The notes under the pieces are model-generated. The model was not told the origin of the DNA and ran no database searches. It saw only the letters and a list, made by a program, of their open reading frames with translations. 9,285 bases of DNA from the NCBI GenBank assembly GCA_964589775.1, contig CAZPUN010000053.1, positions 1 through 9,285 on the forward strand. The letters run 5' to 3'. Origin of the DNA: an uncultured archaeon. Its GTDB lineage: Archaea; Asgardarchaeota; Thorarchaeia; Thorarchaeales; CAZPUN01. Positions 7,627-9,285 of the stretch are shown here, one piece after another. Made by a program: the position numbers and the translations under genes. Within the stretch, counting starts at the first letter, position 1, and every line of letters begins with the position of its first letter.

Positions 7627-7851
7627 ATGATGATGTTATTTACGGCAGGATCTATGATTTGACAAATATTGGCTTTTATTCTAGTTTGTTCTAGACTATT
7701 TCCATGGATTTATGAGAAGACTTTTGGTAATGCAATATCTGCCTATGATGAAATAATCATTACCCACCTGACCTTTTTATTTATTATGCATTTGATCACT
7801 TGTTTTATTATATTTGAAGCGATATCTTCTTTGATTTCGGAATACCGTTAA
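7627..7851 (+). pseudogene. Possible degraded small membrane-protein gene
   Basis: A hydrophobic frame from ATG 7627 continues in frame into the 7669..7851 ORF across a single TGA at 7660-7662. It could be chance in T-rich DNA. Confidence 0.2.
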
Positions 7852-8024
7852 TCCAAACTTGTAATTCAGAATCCTATTCAACTGCTATTATGATGCTTAT
7901 TTCCATAAAATGGTTCTTTAATCTTTTTCTTAATTCTATCAATTAATGAAAAAACATAAAAATAAAAATTATTATTTATTATAATAACGAACATTTTTTT
8001 GTTCTTAATTCGGAGGAGCAATTT

Positions 8025-8456
8025 ATGACCGATAGTTTAATGAATAAATTGTTTGTCGTGGTGTTCTTTATAATTTTTGTATCGATTCCTGCATCGATGA
8101 TCGTAATGATGGTGTATGGTGTTACCGAACCAGGTGGATCTATGCCTCCTATAGCACTCGTGTTTATTATTATACCAATTGCCTTTATAGTTCTTGGAGT
8201 CATTGCTTGCGTCGGTACATTGAAAGGGTCTAATAATGTCGAGAAAGTGTCTACATATGAGGAGATAATTGATGAAGGCATTAGTGTAGCAAAGACAACA
8301 CCATTAGGAGGTAGTACCGGACTAGATCTAGACAGCATACCTGAAAAGTGCCCGAGTTGCGGAGCTCCATTAACAATTAGTGACCTCGTATGGAGCGGGC
8401 CCCTTACAGCTGAGTGCCCTTACTGTGGCTATGTTATTAAGGTCAAGGTAAAGTAA
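8025..8456 (+). CDS. Two-TM membrane protein with a C-terminal zinc ribbon (CPSCGAPL...CPYCG)
   Basis: SD GGAGGAG upstream, two long hydrophobic segments, four Cys in two CxxC pairs. Confidence 0.9.
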   Translation: MTDSLMNKLFVVVFFIIFVSIPASMIVMMVYGVTEPGGSMPPIALVFIIIPIAFIVLGVIACVGTLKGSNNVEKVSTYEEIIDEGISVAKTTPLGGSTGLDLDSIPEKCPSCGAPLTISDLVWSGPLTAECPYCGYVIKVKVK

Positions 8457-8566
8457 ACGGAATTTTGAGGTCTCATTTCTTTTTTATATTGATTACTAAT
8501 GCCATTAACATCAGAAAATCTATATAGTTTAGTTCAACTTGTATTTTCAATGTAGGAGGTACGTTT

Positions 8567-8857
8567 ATGAAGAATTTAGGTAATTTGATTATTGGAGTCG
8601 TGTTCTTTTCACTTGTCATATCTCTTGGAATATATCTGCTGTACTGTTTCATAGTATGTTTCCTTTTAAGGATTACATATTTCCTTGTGTTTATTATAGG
8701 ATCATTGATAATAATAGGTGGAATATTTGGTATTGTATTTGTGGTTAACTCTTCACGAGTTCCAGACAAAGATTCTATTTATGAAGAAATATTCGAAGAA
8801 GGTCATAAAATTCTTTCCGAAAAAAAAGGTGAATTCAACAATAATACAGAAAATTAA
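8567..8857 (+). CDS. Small two-TM membrane protein, probable distant paralog of 8025..8456 without the zinc ribbon
   Basis: SD AGGAGGT, hydrophobic N-terminal ~60 aa, and KDSIYEEIFEEG aligning with KVSTYEEIIDEG. Confidence 0.8.
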   Translation: MKNLGNLIIGVVFFSLVISLGIYLLYCFIVCFLLRITYFLVFIIGSLIIIGGIFGIVFVVNSSRVPDKDSIYEEIFEEGHKILSEKKGEFNNNTEN

Positions 8858-8924
8858 TGACTTGATATGAATTTAAATTATAATTTCAGTGTCTTAAAAA
8901 CTCTTATAATCCCTATCTAATTTC

Positions 8925-9119
8925 TCAAAATTCATATTTTTGTACCAATATCTTGATATTTTTTTCTTTACAAATTAAAGATGCGGTAAAGAATTGCTTT
9001 TGACGTGGTGATGGATCGTCTGAATGTTCAAAATATATCATAAATAATTTTTGAATATAGAACAAGACACAATCTGAATCTATTGCATCAAAAATTGTCC
9101 TCTCAAAAAATGAGAACAT
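8925..9119 (-). CDS. Small hypothetical ORF (64 aa), doubtful
   Basis: ATG start with AT-rich promoter-like DNA upstream and no overlap with other genes. No SD and no motif. Confidence 0.25.
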   Translation of the reverse strand: MFSFFERTIFDAIDSDCVLFYIQKLFMIYFEHSDDPSPRQKQFFTASLICKEKNIKILVQKYEF

Positions 9120-9285
9120 GATTATATCTTAAGTATTTTTAATATTAGTATATATGTTATTAAAATTCATAGACTAATTTTATTCGATATGATTTTCATA
9201 TTTATAATAATGGCATCAAATTTTAACATAGATTGGTTTACGCATCTTCAAATTTGTTTGAGCATAATGGTCTAAAAAAGTCTCA

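Noticed and set aside
7745-7771. Box C (ATGATGA) and box D (CTGA) pair
   Set aside because: Only half of a C/D sRNA, with no second box pair.
976-8769. Shadow ORFs 976..1260, 1580..1771, 3099..3515, 4899..5132, 6104..6322, 6328..6561, 6810..7109, 7027..7341, 7179..7454, 7979..8338, 8473..8769
   Set aside because: Each is antisense to or out of frame within a better-supported gene and has no motif.
9232-9266. Possible third degenerate copy of the 32-bp repeat (ATTGGTTTA...GAGCATA)
   Set aside because: The spacing differs and the middle does not align. Compatible with chance.

Overview
AT-rich, archaeal-looking window: GGTGA/GGGG-type Shine-Dalgarno motifs, a BRE-TATA element, U-tract terminators, many CxxC zinc ribbons and a V4R-like protein. 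An Asgard-type host is plausible but is only an inference. Two genes are recognisable: a DUF1684 protein and a solitary beta-class amino-DNA methyltransferase. The other CDSs are hypothetical: a translationally coupled TPR-like/Zn-finger plus large Zn-ribbon pair, a V4R/MetOD1-like protein, a helical protein and three two-TM membrane proteins. The most unusual part is the non-coding region at about 450-905. It holds two perfect 32-bp direct repeats around a 39-bp spacer, an archaeal promoter, and a ~210-nt highly pairable segment. That segment resembles the 3' end/omegaRNA of an IS200/IS605 tnpB element and continues into a CRISPR-repeat-like end with its own complementary segments. No nuclease, cas or transposase gene is in the window, so a guide-RNA role is a hypothesis. 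All pairings and family calls were made by eye or from memory, without computation.
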